Positions 18,099-28,379 of a stretch of 64,000 nucleotides of DNA are shown piece by piece. Below the pieces are notes generated by a model, which did not search any database, was not told where the DNA came from, and was given only the letters and a program-made list of their open reading frames with translations. The position numbers and the translations under genes were made by a program. The stretch is from contig JBNMPT010000001.1 of the NCBI GenBank assembly GCA_051277025.1, forward strand, positions 32 through 64,031, read 5' to 3'. The DNA is from Roseivirga sp. Lineage in GTDB: Bacteria; Bacteroidota; Bacteroidia; Flavobacteriales; Schleiferiaceae. Position 1 is the stretch's first letter. Every line of letters begins with the position of its first letter.

Positions 18099-18293
18099 TT
18101 AAGCTGCTGCTTGCTCTTTTTCCATTACCACTTTACCTTTATAGTAAAGTTTTCCCTCATGCCAATAAGCACGGTGATACAGGTGAGCTTCGCCAGTAAC
18201 AGCGCAAACTGCAATTGTTGGAGCTACTGCCTTGTAGTGAGTTCTTCTTTTGTCGCGACGAGTTGTACTCTGTCTCCGTTTAGGATGTGCCAT
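18099..18293 (-). CDS. rpmF: 50S ribosomal protein L32
   Basis: [21 protein letters not shown]. Confidence 0.97.
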   Translation of the reverse strand: MAHPKRRQSTTRRDKRRTHYKAVAPTIAVCAVTGEAHLYHRAYWHEGKLYYKGKVVMEKEQAAA

Positions 18294-18302
18294 ATCTAAA
18301 TA

Positions 18303-18845
18303 TTAATTCAATAAGTCTTTTAGTTTATCCCATCTGGGATCGGTATTCTCTTCTTTTTCTTCTTCCTCTTCTATTTCTTCTTCCTCAGGAACTTCATTTA
18401 CTAAGTACTTCTTAGCATCGAAATCCATTTTACTGGATTCAACCTTGGGGTTCACCACCTTTAAAGGCTTGGCTAATACTGCCGTTTCATATAAATACTG
18501 AGCAATATTCACCTTGTGATCTCCGTGGGGTATAACAAGAATTTCGTCTAAGCTATCGTCAAACTCATTTCCAAACTTCACCGTTAGGTGAGATTCGGCT
18601 TTTATCGGAAACCAAAAAGGTTCATTGCTATAGTCGCAATACAACCAAACTTGGCCCGAAAGGGTAAAACTCAGCTCTAGTTGATTTTCTTTCTTTACAA
18701 AAAGAACATCTGCTTTGAGCGCTGCTTTTTCGAACTCCTCATAACCAAACTCGGCAAAGAACTTTTCATCAATCTCAAAATCAAACTGATGCTCCCCCAA
18801 TTTCAGTCCTGAGAATTGAATGTAAAAACCTTTCAACTTCGTCAT
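18303..18845 (-). CDS. yceD: DUF177/YceD family protein (start probably ATG 18845)
   Basis: C-terminal DPRWDKLK, upstream of rpmF; the ORF-track TTG at 18872 lies inside a TACATTTG -7 box (18870-18877). Confidence 0.9.
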   Translation of the reverse strand: MTKLKGFYIQFSGLKLGEHQFDFEIDEKFFAEFGYEEFEKAALKADVLFVKKENQLELSFTLSGQVWLYCDYSNEPFWFPIKAESHLTVKFGNEFDDSLDEILVIPHGDHKVNIAQYLYETAVLAKPLKVVNPKVESSKMDFDAKKYLVNEVPEEEEIEEEEEKEENTDPRWDKLKDLLN

Positions 18846-18905
18846 TTCCACTGTTTTTTTTGGGGAGGGCAAATGTATAAAATTTTTAATCTCCCCAAGA
18901 GCTTT

Positions 18906-19958
18906 CTACTTTTTTTTCCCTTTGATTTTTAAGGGGTTGGAATTAATCTCCGAACTAATGCCTCTATTACGAATCAAGTCGATCGCCAAATAGAGGGCTT
19001 GTCGGAAGGAACTTGGATCAGCTTTCCCCTCTCCAGCAATATCAAAAGCCGTCCCATGATCAGGACTAGTGCGGATAACAGGTAAGCCAGCCGAGTAGTT
19101 AACACCCTTACCAAAAGCAATCGTCTTGAAAGGAATTAAGCCTTGATCGTGATACATTGCTAACACCGCATCGTACTTCGTATGCATCTGCGCTCCAAAA
19201 AAACTATCTGCCGGAAAAGGCCCAAAAGCCATAATACCTGCTTCCTTCGCTCTTTCAATGGCCGGCAAAACCATTTCTTGATCTTCTACACCAATCACTC
19301 CTTGATCGCCCGCATGAGGATTTAAAGCCAATACCGCTATTTTCCCTTTCGGTAGATGAAAATCATTGCGTAAACTTTTTGCTAAAGTCTGCAAACGATC
19401 AAAGATCAGATCTTCACTAAGGCTTTCACTTACCTCACGAAGAGGAATATGCACAGTTGCCAAGGCCATTCTCATTTCATCACTGGCTAGAATCATCAAA
19501 GCCTTCGACTTGAAACGAGCCTCTAGGTAGTCCGTATGTCCGGAAAAACGAAAAGAATCGCTTTGCATCGACTTCTTATGAATCGGTGCGGTTACTAAAG
19601 CGTGAATCTTAGCATCCTCCAAGGCCCTACATGCTGCCTCTAAAGAGGCCAGCGCTAATGCTCCTGCCTCTGCACTTATCTCTCCAAATTCAATCTTTAC
19701 TTCTCTATCGCTGACATTAATTAAATTGGCCTTACCGTGCTGTATTTGCGATAAATCCTTGATGATATTAAAATTAAAATCGCGCATATCTATCGCATTG
19801 CGATGATACGATGCGGCTTTAGTAGAACCAAAAACTACCGGTGTACACAAGTCTAGTAATTCCGCATCGGCAAAAGATTTGATAATTAGCTCTAAGCCGA
19901 CACCGTTTACATCGCCAATGCTGATCCCAATAATGGGCTTAGCTCTGTTATCATTCAT
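18906..19958 (-). CDS. pdxA: 4-hydroxythreonine-4-phosphate dehydrogenase
   Basis: GDVNGVG, VTAPIHK, GHTDYL, LNPHAG, AMYHDQGL, RTSPDHGTAFDIAG. Confidence 0.96.
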   Translation of the reverse strand: MNDNRAKPIIGISIGDVNGVGLELIIKSFADAELLDLCTPVVFGSTKAASYHRNAIDMRDFNFNIIKDLSQIQHGKANLINVSDREVKIEFGEISAEAGALALASLEAACRALEDAKIHALVTAPIHKKSMQSDSFRFSGHTDYLEARFKSKALMILASDEMRMALATVHIPLREVSESLSEDLIFDRLQTLAKSLRNDFHLPKGKIAVLALNPHAGDQGVIGVEDQEMVLPAIERAKEAGIMAFGPFPADSFFGAQMHTKYDAVLAMYHDQGLIPFKTIAFGKGVNYSAGLPVIRTSPDHGTAFDIAGEGKADPSSFRQALYLAIDLIRNRGISSEINSNPLKIKGKKK

Positions 19959-21373
19959 TATATAGACTTTAGAAATTGATACATCAAGCGAACGCCAACA
20001 CCAGTGCCACCTTGACTGCGGTAATGATCTGCACTGTTTAAATAAGCCGGACCGGCAATGTCAATATGTATCCAGGGATAGTCGGTGAAATGCTCCAAGA
20101 ATTTTCCTGCTGTTATTGCTCCCCCCTCACGGCCACCAATATTTTTCTGATCGGCAATCGTCGATTTCAGCAATTCATCATACTCGTCCCAAAAAGGAAA
20201 ACGCGCTACTCGCTCATAGCATTCCTTTCCCGCTGCATCGAGTTTATTAAATTCCGCATCTTCTGCGGTACCCATCGCTACCACTCCGTATTTACCAATA
20301 GCCATGGCTGCTGCGCCTGTTAAAGTGGCCAGATCTACCACCACTTTTGGATTATAATTTTTAGCGTAGGCGAGCGCATCTGCCAAAAGCATTCTTCCTT
20401 CAGCATCAGTATTTAGCACCTCTACAGTAGTACCATCAAACATGGTAATAACATCACCAGGAACGTAAGCGTTCTCGCCTGGTCTATTGTCTGTTGCTGG
20501 AATCAAACCAATCACATGCACGGGAAGCTCTGCCTTGGCGGCCGCATTAATAGCCCCTATTACCGCTGCGGCTCCACCCATATCGCTTTTCATCGAGTCC
20601 ATGGAACCGGCAGTTGGCTTTAAACTTAAACCGCCCGTATCGTAAACTACTCCCTTGCCTACTAAAACTATCGGCTTACTATTTTTAGCCTGAGGAGATT
20701 TATACTCTAGAATACTAAAGGTGGGGGGATCTTGACTACCGAGATTAACAGAAAGGATACCGCCCATTTTTAGGGCCTGAATCTTCTGTTTATTGAAAAC
20801 CTCAACCTTAAAGCCGCTGGTCTTTCCTAAAGCCTCAATTTCTTTAGACAGCATGGTTGCCGTCAAATAACTTAAGGGTTCATTTACCAAGTTGCGGGCT
20901 ATATAGGTGCTTTCTACCACCGCCTGCAAATCTTTTAGCGTGCTTGCGCTGATTTGACTAAAAACAATTTCCTGCAAATACTGAGTTTCCTTCTTACGCA
21001 CGAAATATTTGGTGAATCGATAGGCTCCTAAAGCAAGCCCCTCTGCGAAAGCGGCTTGCTGAACATCTTTTAATGACGAGATCAATAAAACCTTCTCCGC
21101 TTTTTCTGCACTCAAACTAGAAACGAGCTTATTGGCTAGTAATCTTAATTTCTCCAGTTGCACATAAGGCTCCTTTGTGGGCTCATCTGCCAAAGCGATA
21201 AATAAGTTATTTGGACTTTGAGGAAAAAAAACAAAGCCTCCTGGCTTTAAGTTGCCCTGCAAATATTGGCGCTGACCCTCCGATAGAGGGGCATTATCCA
21301 GTTGTTGAAAGTCACTAATAAGATATATTTCATGGGCCAAATTCTCATTAGCTACCTTGCTTCTAAAATTCAT
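19958..21373 (-). CDS. pepA: Leucyl aminopeptidase (M17)
   Basis: GKGVVYDTGG, MKSDMGG, NTDAEGR, DLATLTG, HIDIAG. Confidence 0.93.
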   Translation of the reverse strand: MNFRSKVANENLAHEIYLISDFQQLDNAPLSEGQRQYLQGNLKPGGFVFFPQSPNNLFIALADEPTKEPYVQLEKLRLLANKLVSSLSAEKAEKVLLISSLKDVQQAAFAEGLALGAYRFTKYFVRKKETQYLQEIVFSQISASTLKDLQAVVESTYIARNLVNEPLSYLTATMLSKEIEALGKTSGFKVEVFNKQKIQALKMGGILSVNLGSQDPPTFSILEYKSPQAKNSKPIVLVGKGVVYDTGGLSLKPTAGSMDSMKSDMGGAAAVIGAINAAAKAELPVHVIGLIPATDNRPGENAYVPGDVITMFDGTTVEVLNTDAEGRMLLADALAYAKNYNPKVVVDLATLTGAAAMAIGKYGVVAMGTAEDAEFNKLDAAGKECYERVARFPFWDEYDELLKSTIADQKNIGGREGGAITAGKFLEHFTDYPWIHIDIAGPAYLNSADHYRSQGGTGVGVRLMYQFLKSI

Positions 21374-21396
21374 AATAAAGAATCTTTAAATTTGGA

Positions 21397-21404
21397 CAAA
21401 GTTA
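21397..21404 (-). promoter_or_regulatory. Bacteroidota -7 promoter box (TAACTTTG) for pepA-pdxA
   Basis: TAnnTTTG consensus ~24 nt upstream of the ATG. Confidence 0.7.
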
Positions 21405-21501
21405 TCATTTCAGACCGCGAAACAATAAAAGCTTTTCAAAGCCAACACAATTAGCTTCTTTTTACGTTAAGCCTATAATGAAATGACCTGCCTTAATAAG
21501 A

Positions 21502-24162
21502 ATGAAAAAAATCGTTACTCTACTTTTCGGCCTCTGCTTCTTCGCTTTACAAGCGACGCATAATCGTGCGGGCGAAATTACTTATCGCTGGCTAAACGGC
21601 TTTACCTATGAGGTTACCATAACCACCTACACGAGGGCCTGTGAACTTTGTGCAGATCGCTGTGAATTAACTGTTAACTGGGGAGATGGCGGCTCAGGCA
21701 TTCTTTTGCGAAATAATGGTAGTAATCTGCGTTGCCTCAATGGAAAAGATGGTGTAATTATCGATCCGGTTAACCGCATTCGTAAAAACACGTATACCGG
21801 ATCACATACTTATCCAGCGGCAGGTAGTTACATTATTTTCATGGAGGATCGTAACCGTAACGCCGGTATTAGTAATATTATCAATAGCGATCAAGTGCCT
21901 TTTTATATTGCCACCGAACTTTTTATTTCCCCTAGCTTAGGAGCGAATAGTTCGCCAATATTAACCAATCCCCCCGTTGAACGCGGTTGCAAAGACAAGC
22001 GTTTTGAGCATAGCCCCGGAGCATTTGACCCTGATGGAGATAGCCTTGCCTACCGTTTAACTTTTTCGCGATCTGAAAATGGTGACCCGATTCAAACTAT
22101 CTACGATTCCCAGTATGTGCAAGACTCTGTGAAAATTGACCCCATAACCGGTATTTTTTATTGGGATGTTCCTCAAAATGTTGGACAGTACAACTTTGCC
22201 TTTGAAGTGGTAGAGTTTCGAAAAAATGCACAAGGACGCTATGTTCGCATCGGCTATGTTACGCGTGACTTGCAAGTTGATATTGAAGACTGCCCCAATA
22301 ATCCCCCCGAAGTTTTGCCCCTTGGCCCTTTCTGCGTAGAAGCGGGTACAAATTTAAATTTTCCCGTTCAGGCCGACGATGTGGATAATGATATTGTGGA
22401 ACTTACCGCCTTTGGTGGGCCCTTTATTACTAATCCCGCCGCTACCTTTACGGGGGCATCCGGACTACCTGTTATAACAGGCTTTTTCAATTGGGCGACT
22501 ACCTGCAACCTCGTACGGAAGCAACCTTATCAAGTTACTTTTAAGGCCGAAGATGCGCCTGCCTTTAATGATATCCCCTTAGTAGATTTATATACCACCG
22601 ACATAATCGTTATCGCGCCAGCGCCAAAAAACCCCGCTGCCGGACCAGAGGGACGAGCTTTGCGTTTAGATTGGGATCCCAGTATTTGCAACCAAGCGGC
22701 AGGATACCTCATCTACCGAAGGGAAGGAAGCTACGGCTTTGTGCCTGGCCCATGTGAAACCGGCGTCCCCGCCTATACTGGTTATGAATTTATTGACTCC
22801 TTAAGTAATGGGGTTGCCTTTAGTAGTTACCTCGATAGCAACAATATTGAAACCGGGAAATTATACTGCTATATGGTGGTCGCCTATTTTGCTGATGAAG
22901 CGGAAAGTTATGCTTCGGAAGAATTTTGTGCCGCCCTGCCGCTGAATCTTCCCCTGTTAACCAAAGTAGACGTAGTTAGCACCTCAGCCACTGCGGGGGA
23001 AATTGCTGTTGAATGGATTGCACCACCTGAATTTGATAGTGTTGTTTTTCCTCCTCCCTATGAGTATGAACTTAAAAGGAGTAGTCTGAATAATAGTGCT
23101 AACCAAGTCCTCATTTCCACGCAAAGTGGCTTGGGCGATGGACAATTTAATGACCAAGTCCTCAATACTTTAGATAGCTCCTATGTTTACGTGGTAGACT
23201 TATATTCTGGGGCCAGTCGGAATTTTGTGGGCTCTGCTAGTGACGCTAGTGCGGTGTTTTTAAAAGCCAATGGTATTGACCGTGGTATGCAAGTCAATTT
23301 TGAATTTGATACTCCTTGGCAAAACGATCGCTTTGTAATTTACCGAGAAAACCCTACCGGTAGCGGAAGTTTTGATAGCATTGCCGAAAGTTTTAGCCCT
23401 AGTTATATCGATACTGGACTAGTGAATGGCGAAAGCTACTGCTACTATGCTCAAGCAGTTGGCCGCTATACGGCCAGTGACTCTCTGCCTCGTCCTTTGC
23501 TAAATCGCAGTCAAATAGCCTGTAACCTTGCCCGTGATACTATTGCGCCCTGCACTCCGCAGTTTAGCCTAATGAACGTTTGTCCGGATACCATCTACTT
23601 TAGTTGGAGACTTCAAGATCTTAACAATTGCAGCAATGATGTTGCGCGGATTAATATTTATTTCCGCACCGGTAATGGCGGTTTTGGTGATGTTCCCTTT
23701 TTAAGCATCCCCACCACCGGCGATTCTACCATCAAGTTTGTTAGTGACTCACCCATTTTTGGCTGTTATGCAATTACTGCCGTAGATGATGCGGGAGAGG
23801 ACCCCGGTGGAGTAAGTAATGAAAGTCCTTTAAGTGAGGAGGTTTGTATCCAAAGCTGTTTTACTATTGGTTTTCCCAATGTTTTCTCACCTAATGGAGA
23901 TGGTATAAATGATCTATTCCTACCTACTAAAATTGATCAGGTTAAAGACTTGGAAATACAAATTTACAATCGCTGGGGAACCTTAGTTTACGAAGCTAAA
24001 AGCGTGGAAGAGTTTCTATCGCCAGGCTGGATAGGCGATTCGCAGCAGTTAAATAGCCCCGCTCCAGCAGGGGTTTACTATTATGTTTGTAGCTATCGCC
24101 CGGAAAGTTTAGGAAACCCGAGCGAACAAGTTGCCACTGGATTTGTACACTTATTTAGATAA
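21502..24162 (+). CDS. T9SS type B (gliding motility-associated CTD) secreted protein with FN3-like domains
   Basis: Signal peptide + ATHNRAGEITY; C-terminal FPNVFSPNGDGIND..IYNRWG..GVYYY. Confidence 0.9.
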   Translation: MKKIVTLLFGLCFFALQATHNRAGEITYRWLNGFTYEVTITTYTRACELCADRCELTVNWGDGGSGILLRNNGSNLRCLNGKDGVIIDPVNRIRKNTYTGSHTYPAAGSYIIFMEDRNRNAGISNIINSDQVPFYIATELFISPSLGANSSPILTNPPVERGCKDKRFEHSPGAFDPDGDSLAYRLTFSRSENGDPIQTIYDSQYVQDSVKIDPITGIFYWDVPQNVGQYNFAFEVVEFRKNAQGRYVRIGYVTRDLQVDIEDCPNNPPEVLPLGPFCVEAGTNLNFPVQADDVDNDIVELTAFGGPFITNPAATFTGASGLPVITGFFNWATTCNLVRKQPYQVTFKAEDAPAFNDIPLVDLYTTDIIVIAPAPKNPAAGPEGRALRLDWDPSICNQAAGYLIYRREGSYGFVPGPCETGVPAYTGYEFIDSLSNGVAFSSYLDSNNIETGKLYCYMVVAYFADEAESYASEEFCAALPLNLPLLTKVDVVSTSATAGEIAVEWIAPPEFDSVVFPPPYEYELKRSSLNNSANQVLISTQSGLGDGQFNDQVLNTLDSSYVYVVDLYSGASRNFVGSASDASAVFLKANGIDRGMQVNFEFDTPWQNDRFVIYRENPTGSGSFDSIAESFSPSYIDTGLVNGESYCYYAQAVGRYTASDSLPRPLLNRSQIACNLARDTIAPCTPQFSLMNVCPDTIYFSWRLQDLNNCSNDVARINIYFRTGNGGFGDVPFLSIPTTGDSTIKFVSDSPIFGCYAITAVDDAGEDPGGVSNESPLSEEVCIQSCFTIGFPNVFSPNGDGINDLFLPTKIDQVKDLEIQIYNRWGTLVYEAKSVEEFLSPGWIGDSQQLNSPAPAGVYYYVCSYRPESLGNPSEQVATGFVHLFR

Positions 24163-24170
24163 TCGAATAT

Positions 24171-24761
24171 ATGTTTACTGGAATCATTGAAAGCATGGGC
24201 GAGTTAAAAACTCTCCGCCCAGAGGGTACAAATTTGCACCTTACTTTTTCTTCTTCTTTTAGCGATGAACTTAAGGTTGATCAAAGTTTAGCTCATAATG
24301 GCGTTTGCCTAACGGTAGTGGCTATTGATGGTGACAACTATACCGTAACCGCCATTGAAGAAACGCTAAACCGCAGTAGTCTTGGTCAACTAAGAATTGG
24401 CGATTTAGTAAACCTCGAACGTTGTATGTCCGCCAGTGGTCGCTTTGATGGTCATATTGTTCAGGGTCATGTTGATACGATGGGTAGCTGTAAGTCTGTG
24501 CTCGAAAAAGACGGTAGCTGGGAGTTTCAAATCCAATATCCAAAAAACCCTAATCATATTACCGTAGAAAAAGGCTCGATTACCATTAATGGCGTTAGCC
24601 TCACGGTGGTCGACTCTGAAGAGGACTGGTTTTCTGTGGCTATTATCCCCTATACCTACGAGCACACCAGTTTCCGAAGCCTTAAGCCTGGCGATCCGAT
24701 AAACTTAGAGTTTGATGTGGTAGGGAAATACGTAGCACGAATTTTAGGAAAGACGCGCTAG
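24171..24761 (+). CDS. ribC: Riboflavin synthase alpha chain
   Basis: MFTGIIE, NGVCLTV, VNLER, GHIVQGHVD, KGSITINGVSLT. Confidence 0.96.
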   Translation: MFTGIIESMGELKTLRPEGTNLHLTFSSSFSDELKVDQSLAHNGVCLTVVAIDGDNYTVTAIEETLNRSSLGQLRIGDLVNLERCMSASGRFDGHIVQGHVDTMGSCKSVLEKDGSWEFQIQYPKNPNHITVEKGSITINGVSLTVVDSEEDWFSVAIIPYTYEHTSFRSLKPGDPINLEFDVVGKYVARILGKTR

Positions 24762-26405
24762 GAATCTTTTTAGCTCCGTAGCATCAAGGCCTAGCATTTG
24801 TAATTGTTCAGCACGAGATGCGTGCGCTATAAAGCGATCGGGTAAACAAAGACTTTCTAACTCCCACTTTGCATTGTGTTCTGCTTTTAGCCGTGCCAAA
24901 TTACTGGCCAAACCGCCTGCATAGGCGTTTTCCTCTAGGCAAATCACCAATTCGCTGTCTTGTAACTGCGCCATTATATCACCATCAGAAAATGGTTTTA
25001 GAATGGGAATATGTAAGTGGCCAAAGTCGCTGCCTTGCACTGCTCTTTGCGCTTCTACCGCCAAGGAACCAAAGCTTAAAATTACTTTTTGCTTTTTATT
25101 TTGCCACCAATGCGGACGATACGATTTCCACAAAGACTCCTTGCTTAAATCAATATTATCTTTGGGGAAGCGAATAAAACAAGCCTCTTCTTGCTTAAGA
25201 GACCAGCTAATCATTTCCTGTAAAGCCTTTTGTCCGGAAGGAGCGGCAATGCGTATGCCCGGAATGCTGCTGAGCAAACTGATATCAAACGCTCCGTGAT
25301 GGGTGGGCCCATCTTCTCCCACCAAACCAGCGCGGTCAATAAGAAACACGGGGGCTAGTTTTTGTAGGGCTACATCGTGGATAATTTGATCGATTGCCCT
25401 TTGCGCAAAGGTGCTGTAGAGGTGGACGATTGGTTTTAAACCCGCTGCAGCCATTGCTGCAGCCATAGTAACTGCGTGCTGCTCTGCAATGCCCACGTCG
25501 ATAACCCTAGCGGGGAAAGCCCCCTTGAGGCTGTTTAATTGTGCGCCCGCAAGCATAGCGGGACTCAGTAGCACCAAATTAGCATTAGCCTGAAATTCGG
25601 ACATCAAAGACGCTTCCACCACATCTTGAAAACTGAGGCTGCTGGCAAGCTCCGCTGTTGCCAGGGGACGAGAGGTCTTTAATAAGCCTAATCCCTTCGC
25701 AGTTTTAAGGTGAATAAATTTCGGGCCATTCTGTTCCTGCGCATCTGCGAAAGCATTTAAAAGAGCGGGAACTGAATTAGCTTGCTCTACTTTTTTATAA
25801 TAAAAACCTAGGCTTTCTGCCAGGTTTTGATATCTACCAAACTTCTTTAGAGCGCCAACATTTTCATCGATACTCTGGCCATTATCATTTAAAATTATCC
25901 ACACATCGGCCTGTTCTTGGCCCAAGTAATTGAGGGCTTCAAAGGACATTCCGCCGGTAAAAGCGCCGTCGCCAATAACCGCTATGCACTGCCTCTTTTC
26001 ATTTTTCAACTGAGCGGCCTTCCAAAAACCCGCAATCGCCGAAGGGGCCGTGGAAGAATGTCCGGCGCCAAAAGGATCGAATTCACTTTCCAAACGATTG
26101 GTAAAGCCCGACAGTCCGTCTTTCAAGCGATTCTTGCGGAAGCCCTCTTTACGGCCGGTAATAATTTTGTGGAAATAGGCCTGATGCCCCACATCCCAAA
26201 CCAGGATATCCTCAGGAGTATTGAAGTGATAATGTAGGACCACGCTTAGTTCGACCACTCCTAAGCTAGAAAGTAGATGGCCCTTTTTACTTTGACCTTC
26301 TCGCTGCGCAAAAAGACGCAGCTCCTCACAAAAAGCGGGCAGCTCTGTTGGCTTTAAAGACCTTAAGGAATCTACTCCTTGATACGTTCCTAAAAAATCA
26401 CTCAT
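24744..26405 (-). CDS. dxs: 1-deoxy-D-xylulose-5-phosphate synthase (short form; start probably ATG 26405)
   Basis: GHLLSSLGVVEL, WDVGHQAY, FGAGHSST, IGDGA..NDN, DVGIAEQHAV, YSTFAQRA, DRAGLVGEDGPTHHG; TACCTTTG -7 box at 26412-26419. Confidence 0.9.
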   Translation of the reverse strand: MSDFLGTYQGVDSLRSLKPTELPAFCEELRLFAQREGQSKKGHLLSSLGVVELSVVLHYHFNTPEDILVWDVGHQAYFHKIITGRKEGFRKNRLKDGLSGFTNRLESEFDPFGAGHSSTAPSAIAGFWKAAQLKNEKRQCIAVIGDGAFTGGMSFEALNYLGQEQADVWIILNDNGQSIDENVGALKKFGRYQNLAESLGFYYKKVEQANSVPALLNAFADAQEQNGPKFIHLKTAKGLGLLKTSRPLATAELASSLSFQDVVEASLMSEFQANANLVLLSPAMLAGAQLNSLKGAFPARVIDVGIAEQHAVTMAAAMAAAGLKPIVHLYSTFAQRAIDQIIHDVALQKLAPVFLIDRAGLVGEDGPTHHGAFDISLLSSIPGIRIAAPSGQKALQEMISWSLKQEEACFIRFPKDNIDLSKESLWKSYRPHWWQNKKQKVILSFGSLAVEAQRAVQGSDFGHLHIPILKPFSDGDIMAQLQDSELVICLEENAYAGGLASNLARLKAEHNAKWELESLCLPDRFIAHASRAEQLQMLGLDATELKRFLARLS

Positions 26406-26647
26406 GGCCGGCAAAGGTAAATCTTGGCCGGGAATAAATCGACGCTGAAAGTGAAGCTTTAAGCCCCCATACTATTAATCTGGCTTCAATCCAATATTAG
26501 CCTTACGACTCCTCGTTAATAGTGGGCTTCAACAAGAGGCCTCGTCCTAATAGCAAGCTCTCGCGAAAAAAATGGCTAGAGAAAGCAGCCGCTTCTTAAT
26601 GTCTTTACCAATACTTTTTTCATAAAAAGAACCGCCTTGTTCCTCTT

Positions 26648-26708
26648 AACCTGAGTTCGGCCTAAAACTTCATGGAAATCTGAAGCTAAACTTAGCTCGA
26701 GTTCAGTT
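26648..26708. mobile_element. Minimal or degenerate copy of the IS982-type MITE (~61 bp)
   Basis: Starts AACCTGAGTTCGGCCTAAAA (identical to the copy at 52455); ends in degenerate TCGAGTTCAGTT. Confidence 0.65.
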
Positions 26709-26721
26709 GTAAGCCAAAACA

Positions 26722-28284
26722 CTATTTCTTAATACGCACCAATACATCTTGCTCCAAGTCTGCATCCCAAATTAAAAAGTAGGGGCCGAACTGAAATTCA
26801 TCCTCATTGTATCTTCCTTTGGTAAACCCGGCTTTGTTCTCATCATAATCGCTGACCTTGGTGCTAATCACTGCTCCTGTTTTAAGGTCTATCTGAACCC
26901 GCGTTTGTTCCGCCTTTTTTAGATTTATTTTCCACTGTAAAAATGGGTTCTTGGGCGGTTTAGCTTTACGATCGGCACCCTCTTTTTGATTAAAGGTAAG
27001 ACTTAACTGATCCTTTCCTAAAAGTGAAACAAAGCCCGAAAAGTCTCTTACTAAAGCAAATGCTGCTCCTGTCTGGCGATGTTGAAATTTATCGACAACC
27101 TGCATCCAAACTCTAGTGCCGTCGGCCTTATAACGACTGATGATAAGGTAATCATGTAGAAATGCATATCTCAATAAAGTCCATAGTTCCACAATTTCGA
27201 GATAATCACCTGTGGCCAAAATCTCTTGTCTACGGTGGTAATATTGACCAAAAGATATTTCATCCTCTTGAATACTCGTAAATGATGGGGGTATTAAAGC
27301 CTCTTCCTCTTCCGTAAAGTACGTAAGCTTCTCGGAAAGAACCTCTCTATCCATCGTGCTTAAAAGCATATTGTAATGGCCTTTTAACTGGCTAAAATCA
27401 AAGTTAAAGAATAGGTTTGCCGGCTTCTCATCCGCCTCTCCTTTGGCTAGAATAAGCCCAGAAACCAAGAGGCTGTCTGGGTTTAACATTTGTAATTTAA
27501 TATTCCCTAATGACTCCCCGACGGCCAGTCCATTTTGAGATAGGGCGATTTCGATAGTTTCGTAATTATCAATTCTTTGGGCAATGCGAATTGAATTTCC
27601 ATCCTGCGAAAGGGTGTAAAGGTTCCCTTCTTCATCTAATTCGGCGTTGCTCCTGCTCTCGCTAAAGCTTGACATAAATACCATCTTATCATCGTAGGCC
27701 TCTGAGCTTTCCCCTAAAAAATTAAAGTCTGCATCAAAAACGCTGGTATATAAGGTTTTCTTCTCTCCCTCTTTACTAGAAGTAACCACTAGGTAATTAC
27801 CCGATGGGTGAAAAAAGGCCGCCGCCGACTGGCGTAAATTATCGCTAATGTTAGGCAGATTAAAAAGGTCTCCCTGCTTCACGATTTTTCCCGTAGCATC
27901 GAAGCAGGTATAGAATAACGGGTTACCATGATAGGCTTTATCTTTTTTAAAGAGCGAAGTTTTCTTAGGATCTAAACCAATCAACACAAATTGATCCTTC
28001 AAAACACCCATTGCAATAGGCCTTATCGGTGATATTTCCTCCAGTGAACTTTCTAAGAGTGTTTTTTTTGTCTTCTTATCAATTATAAAAAGGCCGTCTT
28101 CTCCTCTTTTAGCAAGGTTCCAAACGACAAAAGCCTCTTCTAATTCAAAAATACTCAATACTTTATTGGTGATTTTTTCCGAACCCGGCACGGCCAGCAC
28201 TTTTTCAAGATTGAGGCTCTGAGCATTTAAGCCCATGCTAAAGCTTAGGCAAAATATGCTGATGTATACTTTACTATTTCTCAT
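26722..28284 (-). CDS. Secreted hypothetical protein
   Basis: 520-aa ORF, signal peptide ending GLNA/Q; no recognised motif. Confidence 0.75.
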   Translation of the reverse strand: MRNSKVYISIFCLSFSMGLNAQSLNLEKVLAVPGSEKITNKVLSIFELEEAFVVWNLAKRGEDGLFIIDKKTKKTLLESSLEEISPIRPIAMGVLKDQFVLIGLDPKKTSLFKKDKAYHGNPLFYTCFDATGKIVKQGDLFNLPNISDNLRQSAAAFFHPSGNYLVVTSSKEGEKKTLYTSVFDADFNFLGESSEAYDDKMVFMSSFSESRSNAELDEEGNLYTLSQDGNSIRIAQRIDNYETIEIALSQNGLAVGESLGNIKLQMLNPDSLLVSGLILAKGEADEKPANLFFNFDFSQLKGHYNMLLSTMDREVLSEKLTYFTEEEEALIPPSFTSIQEDEISFGQYYHRRQEILATGDYLEIVELWTLLRYAFLHDYLIISRYKADGTRVWMQVVDKFQHRQTGAAFALVRDFSGFVSLLGKDQLSLTFNQKEGADRKAKPPKNPFLQWKINLKKAEQTRVQIDLKTGAVISTKVSDYDENKAGFTKGRYNEDEFQFGPYFLIWDADLEQDVLVRIKK

Positions 28285-28379
28285 GATAAATTAATTTTCT
28301 GCAATCCTTAATGAGATTGCTTCGTCCTGCGTCCTTACAATCACCTCTTCAAATTTCATTGATGCCTTGCTTAATCCGA

